A stretch of DNA of 64,000 bases, taken from NCBI GenBank assembly GCA_963741205.1, contig CAVUHW010000027.1, forward strand, positions 64,001-128,000, in the 5' to 3' direction. Every line of letters begins with the position of its first letter. Position 1 is the stretch's first letter. This stretch comes from Nitrospirota bacterium (GTDB lineage Bacteria > Nitrospirota > UBA9217). Under the pieces are notes generated by a model. The model did no database searches, was not told the origin of the DNA, and saw only the letters and a list, made by a program, of their open reading frames with translations. Shown one piece after another: positions 11,228 to 21,815 of the stretch. A program made the position numbers and the translations under genes.

Positions 11228-11628
11228 ATGAACATGGGAAAAGATATTCGCTCGGGCAGATTGCTGCTGGCTGCGTATTCGCTCTCGTCTGCGTCATTGC
11301 ATCCGTGCCGTCGGACGCTGAGATCACCGGACCATGTGCTGAAACGATTACCAAATACTGCGGGGACGTGACACCGGGAGGCGGACGGACCATGAAATGC
11401 CTCAGCGATCACCGGGACGACCAGAGCATCGCTTGCAAGGCCTGGTTGGAGGATCAGAATAAAAGCTTGAAGGGACTGAACTCGGCGTGTACCGAGGAGA
11501 TAGCTAAAATGTGCAACTTCGATAACCCTGACATCATGCGTATCTATCAATGCCTGAACGATAATTACGTGTCCCTAAGGCTCGACTGCCGGGAAAAACT
11601 TCGGGAGATCAAGGACCGGATGCAGTGA
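11228..11628 (+). CDS. Secreted Cys-rich GLG1-like repeat protein; one indel in the signal peptide
   Basis: GGAGGG RBS at ATG 11228; CAETITKYCGDVTPGGGRTMKCL; paralog of 7102..7515. Confidence 0.72.
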
Positions 11629-11722
11629 CGGAACGCGCTCGATCCGGGCGGGGCGCTGTTTAATTGACCGAAAGGTTGTCGATATTATGATTATCATGAG
11701 AAAATGCGGAAGGAGAACTATC

Positions 11723-12593
11723 ATGCATACCTTATTGTTCATTGTTCGTAGTTTGCTGACCCTCAAGAAGCACAAATAGCTTTTTCCGCTTCCTGTTCGC
11801 GGTTACTGCCGTTGCGGCGTTCGTGATGATCGGCGCTGTTCAGGCGGGCGCAGAAGAGGAGAAGCTTCCGGACCGGTTCATGGTTCGGCTGGGCGGCTAT
11901 GCCATCAATAGTGCCAACACAATCATGCGTCTTGACGCAACGAACCTTCCCATCGGCACCTACATTGATTTCCATGATACACTGGGCGGCGACACCCGGG
12001 GGACATTCGTCAGGTTGGATGGGCTATACCGTTTTAACGAACATCATGCTCTTGGCTTTGCCTGGTATGATGTGAAATTCACCGGTTCCCGGGTGCTGGG
12101 CAGAGACTATCGAGTGGGGCGGTCAGACGTACCCGATCAGTACCCAGGTTGACAGCGAACTTGATTTCAGAGTGTATAAGCTGAACTATCAATATTCCCT
12201 GTTCCATAATGAGGAGGCTGAACTGGGAGCATCGTTCGGATTTCATATCATGCGCGTGTCCGCCGGGATCAGCGCCAGCGGCATCAATCAATCCCAGGGT
12301 GAAGTGGTAACAGCGCCGCTGCCCGTTTGGGGCCTGTTCGCGGACTATAACTTCACACCCCGCTTCTCCGCCTTCTATAACTATCAGTTCTTTTTCGTCA
12401 ATTACCAGGACAAGTCAGAGGCGGGCTCCAGGATTTCGTCATCGGGACGGAGTACCGGCTCTTTAAACATGTCGCCCTGGGTGTGGCGTACAACCGGTTC
12501 GGCATGACTGCAAAAATTAAAAAGGATGTGGCCACGCTCAACCTTGAGACCAATTGGAACGGCGGGATGTTGTACGGAGCGGTCTATTTCTAG
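11723..12593 (+). CDS. Outer-membrane beta-barrel protein, several apparent indels
   Basis: AAGGAG RBS; fragments RFMVRLGGY, YRFNEHHALG, APLPVWGLFADY; ends GGMLYGAVYF*. Confidence 0.6.
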
Positions 12594-12710
12594 AAAAAAA
12601 TGAGGAGAAAACAGTCTGCCGGTCTGTCAAGGCCCTCGGCAGGCTTCCGAACGGCACGCCCTGAATGGGACGGGAATATGGATATGTCCACGTGGATAGG
12701 AGACATCAGG

Positions 12711-13829
12711 ATGCCGATGCGATCAACAGTTTTATTTTTACTCTGTGCGGCAATCATGTTTGCACCGTCCGCGATATTCGCTGCTGATACGCCGAAAGCG
12801 ACGTCTCCCCGGGCCGCTCCGGCAGTAGTCTCTGCAACGACCACTACGGAGAAACAATCCGAGTCGCCCTGGCTGCTCATGCCCACGTTCTCATCGAATC
12901 CAAAGCTCGGCACCTCGATCGGGTTTATAGCCACCTATATGCATTATTTCGACGAGAAGTCTCAGGTGTCAATGTTCGGCGTAAACGGCATGTACACCTC
13001 GACGGATTCCGCGATAGTCGCGCTTCTCGCTAAAGCATCGTGGAACGCAGACCACCACCGTCTTCTCGTGATCGCCCCCAACGGGCTCATCAAGAATGAC
13101 TACAATGATTTCCTCGGCACCGGCAAGCCGCTCAAGTCCGAGGACAATCTTCACGCTCTGGTTTCACGCTATCTGTATCGCGTGACGGGCGACTGGTTCG
13201 GGGGCCTGCAGGGGATATTAACGAACTACCAGGTCATTGGTCAGAACGCCCTGGATGAAGAGATGCTGCAAACGCTCGGACTGACCGGTTTCAAGGCCGG
13301 CGGCATCGGCCTGGCCGTATTGCACGATTCCCGGAACATCGAGTTCAGCCCTACACGGGGCTGGTATCTGAACGTGAACAACGTCGCCTACCGGGATTGG
13401 ATTGCGGGCGACAATAATTTCGACGTTTATCGGCTGGACATGAAGGGCTTCTGGAAGCATTGGGGCGATCAGGTGCTCGCCGTGCGCCAGAGCAACCAGT
13501 GGACCGTTGATGCCCCGCCGAGCGCCTTTGCTCCGGTCGTCCTGCGGGGCTACAAGATGGGACAGTATCTTGGAAAGAACATGTCCGCCGTTGAGGCAGA
13601 AGAGCGGCTGCGGCTTGCGAAGAGCTGGGGCGCGACGATTTTCGCGGGCGTGGCCTGCCTCTATGGGAACGGCCAGGATTGCACGGACAGCAAGAACGTC
13701 TATCCTTCCTATGGAGCGGGGTTCCAGTACATCATCAAGCAGAAGGAAGGCATTGTGGCGAGCCTGGAGTACGCCCAGGGCAAATGGGACAATTACGGTA
13801 TCTATCTCAAGATGGGCTATGGATTTTAA
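12711..13829 (+). CDS. Omp85/BamA-like surface-antigen beta-barrel protein (no POTRA evident)
   Basis: Signal peptide; PTFSSNPKLGTSIG, HDSRNIEFSPTRG, LRGYKMGQY, C-terminal GYGF. Confidence 0.72.
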   Translation: MPMRSTVLFLLCAAIMFAPSAIFAADTPKATSPRAAPAVVSATTTTEKQSESPWLLMPTFSSNPKLGTSIGFIATYMHYFDEKSQVSMFGVNGMYTSTDSAIVALLAKASWNADHHRLLVIAPNGLIKNDYNDFLGTGKPLKSEDNLHALVSRYLYRVTGDWFGGLQGILTNYQVIGQNALDEEMLQTLGLTGFKAGGIGLAVLHDSRNIEFSPTRGWYLNVNNVAYRDWIAGDNNFDVYRLDMKGFWKHWGDQVLAVRQSNQWTVDAPPSAFAPVVLRGYKMGQYLGKNMSAVEAEERLRLAKSWGATIFAGVACLYGNGQDCTDSKNVYPSYGAGFQYIIKQKEGIVASLEYAQGKWDNYGIYLKMGYGF

Positions 13830-13856
13830 GAACAGGGGCAGCATAAGGAGCTCTCC

Positions 13857-15488
13857 ATGAGAACGTTACTGATCGTATTTTCGATTACCCTGTCAATCGC
13901 GAACGGACAGATCGCGCTTTCTTCGGCTTTCGCGCAGGGTGCCGCTGACAGGGACATGGTTGTGGAGACAGCGCCTGTCAGGGTCGATGGAGCGGTACTC
14001 TTTACGGTCAGGGGAATTACGGCGCATCCGGCCAGTGAGCGGGCCGATGCCATCGCCGAACGGATTATAGCGCTTGCCGATGACCCTTCAGTAAAAGCCG
14101 ATTCCGTGGTTGCCGTCGAATCGGATCACAGCACCGACATAATGGCCGGCGACCGGTTCATCATGTCTGTTTTTGACATCGATGCCGAACTGGACAAGGT
14201 GCCCCGCCAGGTGCTGGCCAAGGCTTATGTGACAAAGATCCGCACTACTGTCGAATCATACCGCCGTGACCGCGGTTCCCGGAGCATTCTCTGGGCAGGC
14301 GCCACTGCGTTGGGCGCGACGCTTGGAATCATCGCGCTGATCCTGCTGCTCAGATGGGGATTCCGCAGGCTGACCTCATTTGCCGAGGAACGGTTCACGG
14401 CAAAGATGAGAGAACTGCAGGCACGTTCTCATGATATTGTCCAAACAGAATGGATATGGTCGACCCTCAAGGGAGTGCTGAAGACAGCCCAGATCATCAT
14501 TGCCCTGTTCATCATTTTCCTCTATATCAACCTTGTCCTGAGCCTCTTTCCCTGGACAAGGACCTACGCAACACCTCTGCTCGACATGGTCCTTACGCCT
14601 CTTCGCAGCATCGGCATTGCCATCCTTGATTATCTTCCGAAGCTCGTTTTTTTGATCATCCTCTTCTTTGTCGCGAAGTACGGTCTCAATCTTCTGCGAG
14701 CGTTCTTTCTGGGTATCGAACGGGGGAGTATCAAATTTTCCGGGTTCGACGCCGATTGGGCGATCCCGATGTACAAGGTCGCGAGGCTGATTGTGATCGC
14801 CTTCATGGTCGTGGTGGCCTATCCGTACATCCCCGGCTCCGAATCTCCGGCCTTCAAGGGTGTGTCGCTCTTTCTCGGCGTCATGTTCTCCATCGGGTCC
14901 TCGTCGTCCATCTCGAACATCATCGCGGGGTACATGGTTATCTTCCGCCGGGCCTTCAAGGTGGGGGACAGGGTGAAAATAGGATCCCAGGCGGGCGATG
15001 TCATCGAGATTCGGCTCCAGGTCACACACCTTCGGACGATCAAAAACGAGGAGATCATCGTCCCCAATTCGCTCATCATCAACAGCGAGGTGGTCAATTA
15101 CAGTTCTTTGGCCCGGCAAGGCGGACTGATCCTCCATACGACCGTGACCATCGGCTATGACACGCCCTGGCGTCAGATTCACGCCATGCTGCTCCTGGCG
15201 GCAGAACGCACTCCGGGGTTGTTCAAGGAGCCGAAGCCCTTCGTGCTCCAGACGGCGTTGGACGATTTTTACGTGAGTTACGAGCTGAACGCCTATACCG
15301 ACCGGCCTCTGGAGATGGTGAAGATCTATTCGGACCTGCACCGGAACATCCAGGACGCCTTCAACGAATTCGGCGTCCAGATCATGTCGCCCCACTACCT
15401 CGGGGATCCTGCGCAGGCCAAGATAGTGCCCAAGGAGCAGTGGTATCAGCCGCCGGCAAAGCCGGGTGATGAGGAGGGATCACTGTAA
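13857..15488 (+). CDS. MscS-family mechanosensitive channel with periplasmic N-terminal domain
   Basis: SNIIAG..RAFKVGDRVKIG, IIVPNSLIINSEVVNYS, IQDAFNEFGVQIMSP. Confidence 0.9.
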   Translation: MRTLLIVFSITLSIANGQIALSSAFAQGAADRDMVVETAPVRVDGAVLFTVRGITAHPASERADAIAERIIALADDPSVKADSVVAVESDHSTDIMAGDRFIMSVFDIDAELDKVPRQVLAKAYVTKIRTTVESYRRDRGSRSILWAGATALGATLGIIALILLLRWGFRRLTSFAEERFTAKMRELQARSHDIVQTEWIWSTLKGVLKTAQIIIALFIIFLYINLVLSLFPWTRTYATPLLDMVLTPLRSIGIAILDYLPKLVFLIILFFVAKYGLNLLRAFFLGIERGSIKFSGFDADWAIPMYKVARLIVIAFMVVVAYPYIPGSESPAFKGVSLFLGVMFSIGSSSSISNIIAGYMVIFRRAFKVGDRVKIGSQAGDVIEIRLQVTHLRTIKNEEIIVPNSLIINSEVVNYSSLARQGGLILHTTVTIGYDTPWRQIHAMLLLAAERTPGLFKEPKPFVLQTALDDFYVSYELNAYTDRPLEMVKIYSDLHRNIQDAFNEFGVQIMSPHYLGDPAQAKIVPKEQWYQPPAKPGDEEGSL

Positions 15489-15537
15489 TGACAGCGAACA
15501 TGATATCAAACACGAGAGGAAAGAGGAGGATTCTGCA

Positions 15538-16314
15538 ATGAAGAAGGTCAGGGGAATATTCTATTCGATGCTGTTTGTCGCAACCGCGGCAATGATGGCC
15601 GTTCCGCTTGCCGCGGCTTCAGAAAAAAGCACTGCCGTACATGATTGGTCCTACGAAGGTGAGCATGGGCCGACCCATTGGGGCGACGTGAAGACGGATT
15701 ATGCCGTGTGCAAGACCGGGAAGAACCAGTCGCCCATCGACATCACCGGAGCAGTGAAGGCCGATCTTCCATCCATCCAGTTCGCCTACAAGCCTGCGCA
15801 GCTCAGGATCATCAACAACGGCCACTCCATCCAGGTGAATTATCCCGAGGGGAGCTTCATAACGGTTGGCGGAAAACAATATCAGCTCGTGCAGTTCCAT
15901 TTCCATCATCCGAGCGAGGAAAAAGTCAACCACAAGAGCTTCGACATGGTGGCCCACCTGGTCCACAAGGACGCGGAGGGCAGGCTCGCCGTTGTGGCGG
16001 TGCTCATGCGGAAAGCGCAGGCGAATGCATTCATGAAGACGCTCTGGGAACACCTGCCCAAAGAAGAGGGTCGTGAAGAGGTCCCCACAGGGGTGACGAT
16101 CGATCCCTCACAACTTCTGCCCGCACAGCGCGGATATTACACGTACACCGGTTCTCTTACCACGCCGCCCTGCTCCGAAGGCGTCACGTGGTTCGTGCTG
16201 AAAACACCAGTGGCGATATCCGATGCCCAGATAGACCGGTTCATGCAGTTCTACAAGCATAATGCGCGGCCTGTCCAGCAATTGGGCGGGCGCACGGTGT
16301 CCGAAAGCCGCTGA
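15538..16314 (+). CDS. cah: Periplasmic alpha-carbonic anhydrase
   Basis: WSYEGEHGPTHWG, QSPIDI, NNGHSIQV, QFHFH, GSLTTPPCSEGVTW, NARPVQ. Confidence 0.93.
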   Translation: MKKVRGIFYSMLFVATAAMMAVPLAAASEKSTAVHDWSYEGEHGPTHWGDVKTDYAVCKTGKNQSPIDITGAVKADLPSIQFAYKPAQLRIINNGHSIQVNYPEGSFITVGGKQYQLVQFHFHHPSEEKVNHKSFDMVAHLVHKDAEGRLAVVAVLMRKAQANAFMKTLWEHLPKEEGREEVPTGVTIDPSQLLPAQRGYYTYTGSLTTPPCSEGVTWFVLKTPVAISDAQIDRFMQFYKHNARPVQQLGGRTVSESR

Positions 16315-16408
16315 CGAGAGAACCGCGCTTCCAACCGTGTGCGCCAAAGGCGCCCGTGGTTTACATTGGCATGGTTCCGGTTTGTCCGGATCAAGGAGGA
16401 AATGAATA

Positions 16409-16954
16409 ATGAACAGATACGCATGGTTGGCAACGGCAGTGCTGATCGCGGTGATCGGATGCGCCACTCCGCTCCCGGTGAATTACGACTACGACACGGC
16501 AGCGGACTTCACGGCAATGAAGACGTTCAACTGGATGCCTCCCACAGGCAATGCTGTAGGCGATGACCTGCTGGTGAAGAGGATCAGAAACGCCGTGAAC
16601 ACCCAGCTTCAGGCAAAGGGTTGTACGGAGGCCTCGGAAAACCCGAATTTCCTGATCGCGATGCAGCTTTCAGGCAAGACCACTTACGGCGGCTCTACAT
16701 CGGTTGGCGCTTCAGTCGGAATTCCCGTGGGCAGGGCCGGGACAATTAACGTGGGCGGAGCAAAGAGCAAGCCCAAAGAAAAGACGGAGGGCACGCTGGT
16801 CATGGATTTTCTGGACGCAAAGACACAATCCCTGGTCTGGCGCGCGACGGTAACCGCCGCGGTCGAGCCCAAGGTCTCACCGGAAGAGCAGCAGGCGCGG
16901 ATCAACGGGGTGGTTGCAACTATGCTTGCGCAATTCCCGCCGAAAAAAAAATAA
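16409..16954 (+). CDS. DUF4136-like lipoprotein
   Basis: VIGC lipobox; DYDTAADF..TFNW; EGTLVMDFLDAKTQSLVWRA; QFPP end. Confidence 0.8.
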   Translation: MNRYAWLATAVLIAVIGCATPLPVNYDYDTAADFTAMKTFNWMPPTGNAVGDDLLVKRIRNAVNTQLQAKGCTEASENPNFLIAMQLSGKTTYGGSTSVGASVGIPVGRAGTINVGGAKSKPKEKTEGTLVMDFLDAKTQSLVWRATVTAAVEPKVSPEEQQARINGVVATMLAQFPPKKK

Positions 16955-16978
16955 TTCGGCTGGTGGAGGAATTTGCTC

Positions 16979-17632
16979 ATGAAGAGTATTTCGAATACCG
17001 TACGGCTGATCGCAGCAGGCAGTCTGCTCCTGATGTCCAGCCTGGTGATGGCCGGCTGCGCGGCTACCAAGGTACAGCGGGTCTGGACGGACGACACTTC
17101 CAGGGGCGTGCGCCTGAACAGTGTGCTCATTGTCGTACTGGTGAGGGAACCGTCAACCAGAAGGATGTTCGAAAGCGAGTTTGCAAGGTATTTCAAATAC
17201 CGCGGGATCAAGGCAATTGAAAGTTTCAGGGATTTTGAAATAGAGTCGCTCTATGATAAGGGTTCTCGTGATGCGATTCTTGCAAAGATGAAGGAAAAGG
17301 GCAGTGATGCGATCCTGATAACCAGAATAGTGGACCGGCGCACGAAAGAGGAAATCATCCCCGGGATGACCATCACGACGGGGATGGGGATGTGGGGCGG
17401 TTCTAGTGCTGTGGTTGCCTCTTTCCCCGGACCTTCTGCGCCGACCACACAAAGTTACTCGCACGAACAGACCTTCCTGGGACTCGAGACCAACGTGTTT
17501 GATGCCCGGACCGAAAAACTCCTCTGGTCAATCCGGACCGAGACGCGCGTCTCTGGCCCTCCACAGGAAGAGATCAAGCCTTACGTCGCGCTCGTCGCGG
17601 ATAAGTTATTCAATGCGAAACTGTTCCCATGA
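16979..17632 (+). CDS. Lipoprotein, DUF4136-like fold
   Basis: MAGC lipobox; RRMFESEF; LETNVFDARTEKLLWS. Confidence 0.7.
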   Translation: MKSISNTVRLIAAGSLLLMSSLVMAGCAATKVQRVWTDDTSRGVRLNSVLIVVLVREPSTRRMFESEFARYFKYRGIKAIESFRDFEIESLYDKGSRDAILAKMKEKGSDAILITRIVDRRTKEEIIPGMTITTGMGMWGGSSAVVASFPGPSAPTTQSYSHEQTFLGLETNVFDARTEKLLWSIRTETRVSGPPQEEIKPYVALVADKLFNAKLFP

Positions 17633-17750
17633 TAACATCAATCGTGATGTTGAGATCGCGACCTTGCTGAAACCGGGAGTGTGACTGGTGGCCGAGCGCC
17701 TGCTTGCCGGTCCAATGCCAACCTTCGAGGGCGATTACAGGAGGGTGACC

Positions 17751-20016
17751 ATGATAAAGAAACTGCTGACGCAACTTAATGGGCGTGCCGCCTGGAAGAG
17801 GGCAGGTGGACTCCTGGTACTGGCCGTGGTCCTCGGTGCGATCGCGCCTGCCAGCTTCGCCGAGAACACCGGTGGCGCCGCAGTTGCCAAACCCCGGCCG
17901 CGCATCGGCCTTGTCCTCTCAGGAGGAGGCGCCCGTGGAGCAGCGCACATCGGCGTTCTGAAGGTGCTGGAAGAACTGCGCGTGCCCGTTGATTATATCG
18001 CCGGCACCAGCATGGGCTCGATCGTAGGAGGCTCCTACGCCTCGGGCAACACCATAGACCAGATGCTGATCGACATCAGCACCATCAAGTCGGCTGCCCT
18101 GGCATCGGACGCGCCTCCCCGGCAGGACGTCTCGTTCCGGCGCAAGCAGGATGATCTGAAAAACTTCGTCGGACCAGAGGTGGGCATCCGCAAGGGATCG
18201 CTGCTCCTGCCGAAGGGCGTCGTGACCGGCGTGGGGCTGGAAGCCGTGCTGCGCGATCTGGCCAAGGTCAAGGGATCCGTTAACTTCGACAACCTGCCGA
18301 TCCCGTTCCGCGCGGTGGCAACCGACATCGGTACCGGAAAGATGGTAGTATTCCGCTCGGGCGACCTGGCTGCAGTCATGCGCGCAAGCATGTCGGTGCC
18401 GGGCGCGATTGCGCCGGCCGAAGTGGATGGTAAGTCGCTTGTGGACGGCGGCTTGACGCGTAACCTGCCCGTGGACGTGGCGCGCGATATGGGGGCCGAC
18501 GTGGTTATCGCGGTGAATCTCGGCACGCCGCTCATGAGGCCTGACCAGATCAGCTCGCTTCTCGGCGTTACGGGCCAGATGATCAATATCCTGACCGAGC
18601 AGAACGTCCAGGCCTCGCTTGCCTCGCTCAAACCGGGCGACATCCTCATCGTGCCCGAACTGGGGGATTATTCCTCCACGGATTTCGACCACATGCCGGA
18701 CACGGTGCCCATCGGTGAGGCCGCCGCGCGCAAGGTAGCGGACCTGCTTTCACGCTACAGCCTGACGCCGCAGCAGTATGAGGAGCACCGGCGCCGGCAG
18801 AAGGGTGATACGGTCGCCGACACCAGGCCGGTGAATGAGATCCGCGTCGAAGGCCTGAAACGGGTCAACCCCGAAGTCGTTGATCGAGATCATGGAAACG
18901 CAGGTGGGAAAACCGCTGGATACCAAGGTAGTGGATGCCGATATGCGGCGCATCTACGGGCGGGGGGATTTTGAGCACGTCGGATACCGAATCATCGAGG
19001 AGCCGGAGAAGCGGATTCTGGTGGTCGATGCAGTGGAGAAATCCTGGGGTCCCGACTATCTGCGTTTCGGCCTCGGCCTGTCCACCGACTTCAGCGGCGA
19101 CTCTTACTTCAATGTGCTCGCGAGCTACCGCCGCACGTGGCTCAACAAGCTGGGCGGAGAATGGCGAAACGATCTGCAGTTCGGACAGGCGACGCGATTC
19201 ACATCGGAGTTCTACCAACCATTGTTCGTCAGCCGGTATCTCTTCGTGGCGCCGGCAGTAGATTATAACGAGTACCTCCAGACTGTATTCCAGGGGGCTA
19301 CGCCGATTGCCAGCTACCGCAACCGCAGCACCGCAGTCGGGTTGGATCTGGGCAGCCAGTTCACCAAGTACGGAGAATTGCGGGTAGGTCTGGTGGGAGG
19401 CCCGCGCACGTTCACACTCGCCTCAGGCTCTTCATCCCTCGCGCCGCCGCCAGGAAACGTAGACATCGGCGCAATGCGCGTCCGCTTGCGTATCGACCAG
19501 CTTGACAGCATCAATTTCCCTCGCAGCGGCTATGCGGCCACGTTGCAGATACTTGGCTCAAGTACCGACTTGGGCGCCCGTGACACCTATAACCGCTGGG
19601 AAGGCGATCTCCTTGCAGCAGTCTCCTTCGGCGCTAATTCCGTTCACTTGGCGCTCAAGGGCGGCGGGGCGATCGGAAACAAGCCGTTGCCAGCCTACGA
19701 CCAGTTTTCCTTTGGCGGGTTCTTGCAGTTGTCGGGTTACAAAACCGGAGAATTTTACGGCGAGTCTCTTGAATTCGGGCGGCTGGTGTATCTCTATAAG
19801 CTGTCCGAAGGGATGCTGACGGAAGGCATGTATGCCGGCGCTTCATTCGAGGCGGGCCGCATAGGCGGCCCGTTGGTACCGGGCAGTCCGACCAGAACGC
19901 TGACGTCAGGCGCGCTTATCCTGGCCGCCGACACGGTGCTGGGCCCGGTGTATATCGCCTACGGCATTGCGGAGAACGATAATAGAAGCTTCTATTTCTT
20001 TCTCGGCAAGCCATGA
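17751..20016 (+). CDS. PlpD-like patatin-POTRA-beta-barrel protein (type Vd secretion); one indel ~18880
   Basis: GLVLSGGGARG, GTSMG, VDGG patatin motifs; linker/POTRA; barrel EKSWGPDYLRFGL...FYFFLGKP. Confidence 0.85.
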
Positions 20017-20079
20017 TCCCGACGTTCCACCGGGGACCATTGAGATAATAAAATATCAGAAGAGGGGGACTTACCGTTC

Positions 20080-20706
20080 ATGAATTCAATACGTATAGTG
20101 TTTCTCGCCACGATAGTGCTGATTGCGGCAGCGGTCCCTGGTTACATTTATGCCGCAGATTTCGAGATAACTCCCTTTGCCGGATATACGTGGGGAGGAG
20201 AATTTCAAGATTCAACGACAGGCACTAAGCTGTCAGTCGATGAGAAGGCCAGTTACGGGATCATGCTGGACTTCAAACAAACCGACGACTCCCAGATTGA
20301 ACTGTACCTAAGCCGTCAGGCGACACGGCTACAGGCCAAACAAAGCAATGCGTTCACCAGTACACCACTGTTCGATCTGGATATCGATTATATTCACATC
20401 GGCGGGACATATGGCACGGATTCCGGGAAGGTGAAGCCGTTTATAGTGGGAACTCTCGGCGTAACTCATTTTGTCCCGAAAGGAGAAGGGCTCGATTCTG
20501 CGACGAAATTCTCGCTTAGCCTGGGCGGCGGTGCAAGAATATTTTTCACCGATCGTATCGGATTAAGACTCGAAGGACGGTGGTTCGGCACCTTGTTCGA
20601 CGGAAGCGGCCAGGCATTCTGTAGCTCGGGTCAATGCTTGATAAAAGTGCAAGGTGATTTGTTTTCGCAATTTGTAGCGAACGCAGGGGTCATTGTCACT
20701 TTTTAG
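20080..20706 (+). CDS. Small outer-membrane beta-barrel protein
   Basis: Signal peptide; FEITPFAGY; GLRLEGRWFGT; C-terminal F. Confidence 0.75.
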   Translation: MNSIRIVFLATIVLIAAAVPGYIYAADFEITPFAGYTWGGEFQDSTTGTKLSVDEKASYGIMLDFKQTDDSQIELYLSRQATRLQAKQSNAFTSTPLFDLDIDYIHIGGTYGTDSGKVKPFIVGTLGVTHFVPKGEGLDSATKFSLSLGGGARIFFTDRIGLRLEGRWFGTLFDGSGQAFCSSGQCLIKVQGDLFSQFVANAGVIVTF

Positions 20707-20823
20707 CGTAACAACGCATATAAGGCAAGGACCCATTTCCCCCATCTTGCAACTTTTCTCAGTTCACAGTATAGTTTTGCATATTTTATTGTTTTGGGAG
20801 AGAACCATAAGGAGGGTTTTGCT

Positions 20824-21426
20824 ATGAACCGTGTCAGAGTGATAGTATGGTGCCTGCTTTTATTTTTCTCGATGGGAACGTCATCATACGCGCAGACAGT
20901 GCTGACGGATGTCTGGAAAGACAAGGAGTATCGCGGCCCGGCAAAGAAAATCGCGGTCTTCTGCATCGTTCAGGATAGGGCCCGCAGGATTTTGCTTGAA
21001 GATGCGTACATTAGCCAGCTGAAAGCCAGGGGGACGGACGCATTGCCGGTATACGTCGTCATTCCGCCCGATAAGATGGTTGATAGTGAAACCGCTTTAA
21101 CAAAGATCAGCAACCTCGGGGCGGATGGCATCCTCACCGTACGGCTTGTCGACAAATTAACAGCCCAAACACAGATTCCGGAACCGGGAAAAGGCCCCAC
21201 GGAGTCTTCACGCTGGTCCGGCTATTATCACTACGTTTATGATGCGCCAACGAGAAACGAGGATGAACCGGCGTATATAGAAACAAATCTGTTTGATGTG
21301 AAAACAGGGAACCGGGTTTGGACAGCTCGATCGGTAACCAAGTTTGATGTAATCAACCAAAAACTAGGAACGGATTTTATCAGGTTTATGATCGACCGAT
21401 TGGCATCAGACAAGATGATCAAATAA
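20824..21426 (+). CDS. Secreted protein, paralog of 16979..17632
   Basis: AGGAGG RBS; signal peptide; RRILLED, IETNLFDVKTGNRVWTARS. Confidence 0.7.
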   Translation: MNRVRVIVWCLLLFFSMGTSSYAQTVLTDVWKDKEYRGPAKKIAVFCIVQDRARRILLEDAYISQLKARGTDALPVYVVIPPDKMVDSETALTKISNLGADGILTVRLVDKLTAQTQIPEPGKGPTESSRWSGYYHYVYDAPTRNEDEPAYIETNLFDVKTGNRVWTARSVTKFDVINQKLGTDFIRFMIDRLASDKMIK

Positions 21427-21632
21427 GGATTCATGATAATGCCCGGGTCAAGAAAGACAAAAGCGTAAGCCCTTCTTGATGATGAAAATAATGTGATTGC
21501 ATTTCGCTGCGAGGATGTCTATGATAGGCGGCAAATCCTTGGCTCGATCCCTTTCTGGAGACGCCATAATCGCATGAAGAGGGTAACATTGAAGACATGC
21601 CGTGCTTTTTTGTCAATCTGCGGTTTTTATCC

Positions 21633-21661
21633 TTGACAAACCCCCTGAAATCTCATAAAAT
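21633..21661 (+). promoter_or_regulatory. sigma70 promoter for tRNA-Val/thrS
   Basis: TTGACA-N17-TAAAAT, 30 nt upstream of tRNA. Confidence 0.75.
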
Positions 21662-21691
21662 TCGCACTTGTTACCAAAACGGCAAAACCAT

Positions 21692-21766
21692 AGGCTCGTA
21701 GCTCAGGGGGAGAGCGCTACCTTGACACGGTAGAGGTCGGCGGTTCGATACCGCCCGGGCCTACCA
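21692..21766 (+). tRNA. tRNA-Val(GAC)
   Basis: Acceptor AGGCTCG/CGGGCCT, D-arm TAGCTCAG..AGAGC, anticodon arm CTACC-TTGACAC-GGTAG, T-loop GGTTCGATACC, encoded CCA. Confidence 0.96.
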
Positions 21767-21815
21767 TGATTTCGCTTTATGTGCGGCAACACCATCTATC
21801 TATGACATCTATCTT

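Noticed and set aside
21430-21770. tRNA-Val as an integration site for the upstream cluster
   Set aside because: No integrase and no duplicated tRNA 3' end seen; the cluster lies on the 5' side
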